Origin: Planctomycetota bacterium
GTDB taxonomy: Bacteria; Planctomycetota; B15-G4; JADJEK01
Assembly: GCA_044225365.1 (NCBI GenBank)
Contig: JBGAIQ010000021.1
Span: 33,833 to 97,832 of the forward strand
Length of the DNA stretch: 64,000 nucleotides
Direction: 5' to 3'
Positions within the stretch are counted from its first letter, which is position 1; each line of letters begins with the position of its first letter. Made by a program: the position numbers and the translations under genes. Below the pieces are notes generated by a model. That model searched no databases. It saw only the letters and a program-made list of their open reading frames with translations, and was not told the origin of the DNA. Positions 60,927 to 64,000 of this stretch are shown here, in pieces.

Positions 60927-60957
60927 TTGAGGAGCCCGTCACCAAACGGAGCCCTCG

Positions 60958-61587
60958 ATGGACCTCGCCTGTACCCAGCACGTAGATCAACCCGCACGCG
61001 CGCGCTGCGTCGAGTGCGGCAACCTGCTGTGCGAGACGTGTCGCGCGAAGATCGGCGGTCGCAACTTCTGCCGGCCGTGTCTTCCGGCGAAGCTGAAGCG
61101 TCGCCTCCCGGGTCGCCGCTCACCTGTCTTCGCGACGATGCTCTCCGTCGTGCCGGGCCTCGGTCAGATGTTCGTCGGTGAGAAGTTGCGCGGCCTCGTG
61201 TTCGGTGCGTCGGCGATCGCGCTCTCGAACGTCCACCCCGCGCCCTCCGCGACGATCGCCCTCTTCCTCTACGTCTACAACCTCTTCGACGCGTGGTCGC
61301 TCGCAACCGAGCGCAACGCACGAGTTGCGGGGGAAACGCTCTCCGCATCGGATCGCCGCCAGCGCTTCATGTTCTCGGCCTTTGCGATGGTGACCGCGAT
61401 CTTCGCGATCGCTCGCGAGTCCATCGCTCCGGATCTCCGAGTCGACGTGCTCTGGCCCACGGCCCTCGGCCTCGTCGTTCTTCACCACCTCATGGACCGC
61501 AAAGAGGACCGCAAAGATCGCTACTCGAATGCGAAGGCGCCTGCGAATGATCGTGCGAAGGAGGACGCCCGTGTCGAACCAGCCTGA
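60958..61587 (+). CDS. B-box zinc-finger membrane protein with a TM2-like motif
   Basis: CTQH..ARCVECGNLLCETC...FCRPC and LSVVPGLGQMFVG. Several TM segments. Confidence 0.8.
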   Translation: MDLACTQHVDQPARARCVECGNLLCETCRAKIGGRNFCRPCLPAKLKRRLPGRRSPVFATMLSVVPGLGQMFVGEKLRGLVFGASAIALSNVHPAPSATIALFLYVYNLFDAWSLATERNARVAGETLSASDRRQRFMFSAFAMVTAIFAIARESIAPDLRVDVLWPTALGLVVLHHLMDRKEDRKDRYSNAKAPANDRAKEDARVEPA

Positions 61588-61945
61588 AGCGAGCTTCTGC
61601 GGACATTGCGGTGATCGATTGCCGCCGTTCGGATCGGACCTCGGCTACTGCTCGACCTGTGCGTCTCGCTACCGCCATGTCCTTCGCACGGAATTTCGGA
61701 CGATGTCGTCGCGTATCCGGGGCTGCGAGATCCAGCGCTGGCGCGATCCAGCGATCGCAACGCTGCTCTCTTGCGTCCTGCCGGGCGCGGGTCAGCTCTA
61801 CAACGGACACTTCATCAAAGCGGTGCTGGTCTTCGTGACTTCGCCGTTCGTCATCCCCTGGCTGATCGGTATCGCCGACGCATTCTTCTCGGCGCGCCGC
61901 AACAACGAACGCATCGAATCGCCATCGGCGTTCGCGTCGGCCTGA
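61571..61945 (+). CDS. Zinc-ribbon membrane protein with a TM2-like motif
   Basis: FCGHCG...YCSTC and PAIATLLSCVLPGAGQLYNG. GTG start at 61571 after gagga. Confidence 0.78.
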   Translation: MSNQPEASFCGHCGDRLPPFGSDLGYCSTCASRYRHVLRTEFRTMSSRIRGCEIQRWRDPAIATLLSCVLPGAGQLYNGHFIKAVLVFVTSPFVIPWLIGIADAFFSARRNNERIESPSAFASA

Positions 61946-61984
61946 ACCCCTTCATCTCGTGGTCTGCAAATAGGAGTCATCAAG

Positions 61985-62875
61985 ATGTTCTCGGCTCTCA
62001 CTCGCATCGGTCTGCTCGGAACCCTCGGCGTGGGCTCGGCGGTCGCCTTCCTTGGAGGCGATCGCGTGAAGCTCTACTACGAGTCCGGTAAGGAAGCGAT
62101 CGTCTCGGCGATCGACGAAGCGCAAGGCATGGATGCCAAGCTGCGCCTCATCAAGACTCAGATCAACTCGCTGGACGACGAAGAGCGCCGTCTGAAGCGC
62201 GACGCGATCGAGAACACGGTCGAGCTCGAAGGTCTGCGTCGCGACATCGCGGCGCGCGAGGATTCGATCGAGAAGCAAGCCGCGCTCCTCGACAGGGTTT
62301 CCAAGCTGCTCGCCGACGGATCGTCGCAGTACGCGATCGCGGGTCGTACGTACGACCGCGCGGTCGTCGAGCGCGACGCGACGGAGAAGCTCGCGGTCTA
62401 CACGGTCCAGAAGGACACCCTTCAGAACCTGAAGGACACGCTCGCGACCAAGGAGAAGGCGCAGGAGATGGCTTCTGCGAACGTCTCGCGCGCCGCGGCT
62501 CTGCGGTCCGAACTGAAGGGCCAGGTCGCTCTGCTCGAGGCGCAGCTCGAGAAGCTGCGCGCGAAGCAGAACTTCGTTGCCACGGTCGACCAGGTCGTCG
62601 ACACCGACCAGATCGACTCGTCGCTCGCTCGCGCGAAGGAGATGATCCACGACTTCTCGAAGAAGCTCGAGGTCAAGGATCGTCTGCTCGACGAGCAGTT
62701 GAAGGGTGCGAACTCGCAGCCTTCTCTCGGCATCAGCTACGACGCCACGACGGCGAGCGCGAATGACGTCGCGGCGCAGATCCGCGTCAAGCTCTCCGAG
62801 CGCAGCTCCAAGGGCGATGTCGCCAAGGCCGATCCTGCGCACGGCGTCTCCAGCGTCGACATCACGGTTCACTGA
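61985..62875 (+). CDS. PspA/IM30-like long coiled-coil protein with an N-terminal hydrophobic anchor
   Basis: RBS aggag. All-helical heptad pattern with a short central hairpin insert (QYAIAGRTY). C-terminal DVAAQIR helix. The PspA relationship is an inference. Confidence 0.6.
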   Translation: MFSALTRIGLLGTLGVGSAVAFLGGDRVKLYYESGKEAIVSAIDEAQGMDAKLRLIKTQINSLDDEERRLKRDAIENTVELEGLRRDIAAREDSIEKQAALLDRVSKLLADGSSQYAIAGRTYDRAVVERDATEKLAVYTVQKDTLQNLKDTLATKEKAQEMASANVSRAAALRSELKGQVALLEAQLEKLRAKQNFVATVDQVVDTDQIDSSLARAKEMIHDFSKKLEVKDRLLDEQLKGANSQPSLGISYDATTASANDVAAQIRVKLSERSSKGDVAKADPAHGVSSVDITVH

Positions 62876-62895
62876 TCTTCAGCGTTCAAACCGTC

Positions 62896-62925
62896 ACGGC
62901 CCCGACACACTCGTGTCGGGGCCGT
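62896..62925 (+). terminator. 13-bp-stem hairpin (attenuator or mRNA stabiliser) between the coiled-coil genes
   Basis: acggccccgacac-actc-gtgtcggggccgt. No long U tract. Confidence 0.55.
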
Positions 62926-62950
62926 TGATCCGGACTCCGAGGAATACAAC

Positions 62951-63523
62951 ATGCGTACGTCGACCGTAGCCTTTCTCGTGCTCTTCCTCTGCCTCGCGTC
63001 GTCGCGCGAGCATCGAGGCGTGATCCGCGAAGTCGCGGGTTTCGTGAAGAACGGAGTCTCCTCGATCGCTCACGAAGTCCACGATGCGATCCACGATCGC
63101 GGCCATCGCGATGCGACCGCATCGCGCGAGCAGGAACTGCGCGATCGACTCGCCGAAATCGACGACGAGTACGGCGCCGCCGGGCGCACTCTGCGTGCCG
63201 TCGATCGCAGCATCCGGCAGTTGAAGGATCGACTGAACGAGGTCGCGAGCGAGTCGAATCGTTCCTACTCCAACCGCGCCGCGGGCGATAGCGTCGAGCG
63301 CCTCGCGCAGAAGGTGCAGGATCTCGAAACCGAACGCGATCGTCTCGTCGAGCTTCAGGTCTCGCTCAAGAACGAACGCGTCGAGGTCCAGTCCTCGCTC
63401 GATCTCGAAGGTGTGCGCTGCGAACGCTCGCGCCTCGAGTCGGTGATCGGGCGACCCGCCCGCGCGCAGGAGCCGTCGCCGATCGATCGCATGGCGGCGC
63501 AACCGATGTGGATGAACCACTGA
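62951..63523 (+). CDS. Coiled-coil protein with an N-terminal hydrophobic segment
   Basis: RBS gagga, VAFLVLFLCLA and a heptad-rich helical hairpin. Confidence 0.7.
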   Translation: MRTSTVAFLVLFLCLASSREHRGVIREVAGFVKNGVSSIAHEVHDAIHDRGHRDATASREQELRDRLAEIDDEYGAAGRTLRAVDRSIRQLKDRLNEVASESNRSYSNRAAGDSVERLAQKVQDLETERDRLVELQVSLKNERVEVQSSLDLEGVRCERSRLESVIGRPARAQEPSPIDRMAAQPMWMNH

Positions 63524-63552
63524 CCGTCTTCACGCTCGAGGATCGATAATGT

Positions 63553-63584
63553 TCGGGGCGACCCATCGACGAGGGCCGCCCCGA
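63553..63584. terminator. GC-rich hairpin after the coiled-coil operon
   Basis: tcggggcgaccc-N8-gggccgccccga with one mismatch. Confidence 0.4.
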
Positions 63585-63625
63585 CTCGTTGCAACGGCTT
63601 CGCGCGGGTACGATGCGAACCCGAC

Positions 63626-64000
63626 ATGCGACAAGTGATCGAGACCGCGTTCGGATGCATCGTGGCGGCGTTCTACGCCGCGACCTTCTTCTTTGGCCGA
63701 TTCACCGCGCGCACCCAGCGAATCCTGATCGCACTCCTCACGATCCTCGGCGTCGCATCGTGCCTCGTGGCGCTGCGCGCGGAGGGAGATCGCACGGCCG
63801 AGATCCGGTCGCTGTTGTATCGGCATCACTACGTCGTCGCGCACTCGACGGCGCCGGCGAATCTCCTGCCGCTGCTCGTCGGTGCGGCGCTCTTCGTCGC
63901 GGCTGCGGCCGGGCTCTTCTCGCGAAGTACGACCCAAGGAGCGCGTCCGCTCGGCTTCGTCTTCGGGCTCGCCGCTCTCATGACGGTACTGCGGTTCGGA
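63626..64000 (+). CDS. Membrane protein, 3'-truncated by the window edge
   Basis: Open frame MRQVIETAFGCIVAAFYAATFFFG... with several hydrophobic segments. Not in the ORF track because there is no stop codon in the window. Confidence 0.6.
   Translation, partial: MRQVIETAFGCIVAAFYAATFFFGRFTARTQRILIALLTILGVASCLVALRAEGDRTAEIRSLLYRHHYVVAHSTAPANLLPLLVGAALFVAAAAGLFSRSTTQGARPLGFVFGLAALMTVLRFG

Overview
High-GC bacterial chromosomal window, most likely Planctomycetota. The taxonomy is inferred from the DUF1592/DUF1552 pair, a Cys-type sulfatase, a HEAT-lipoprotein/Gfo-Idh-MocA pair and mcsA-mcsB-clpC without ctsR. From left to right: the 3' end of murD, mcsA-mcsB-clpC, SGNH/MFS/sugar-oxidoreductase/sulfatase genes, and a periplasmic nitrate reductase cluster (napD-napA-tetraheme napB-ferredoxin). 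That cluster is divergent from a tetraheme cytochrome/NrfC-like/NrfD-like module and an Rrf2 regulator. Next come assorted enzymes and regulators, a pair of paralogous thioredoxin-like/HEAT genes split by a MITE, TldD, a CzcCBA-type efflux system, DUF1592/DUF1552, LysM-anmK-mtnP and a frameshifted PDZ gene. The best candidate for an undescribed system is at 57-63.5 kb: an FHA-GAF-sigma54 activator coupled to a membrane Ser/Thr kinase. Downstream are a visible -24/-12 promoter, a tandem enhancer-like site and an operon of two Zn-finger membrane proteins plus PspA-like coiled-coil proteins. The kinase and both Zn-finger proteins share one membrane motif. Non-coding elements include two copies of a 161-bp palindromic MITE and two GTAG-type REPs. 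I found no rRNA, tRNA, CRISPR array or intact transposase. All family assignments come from motif recognition by eye, not from database searches.
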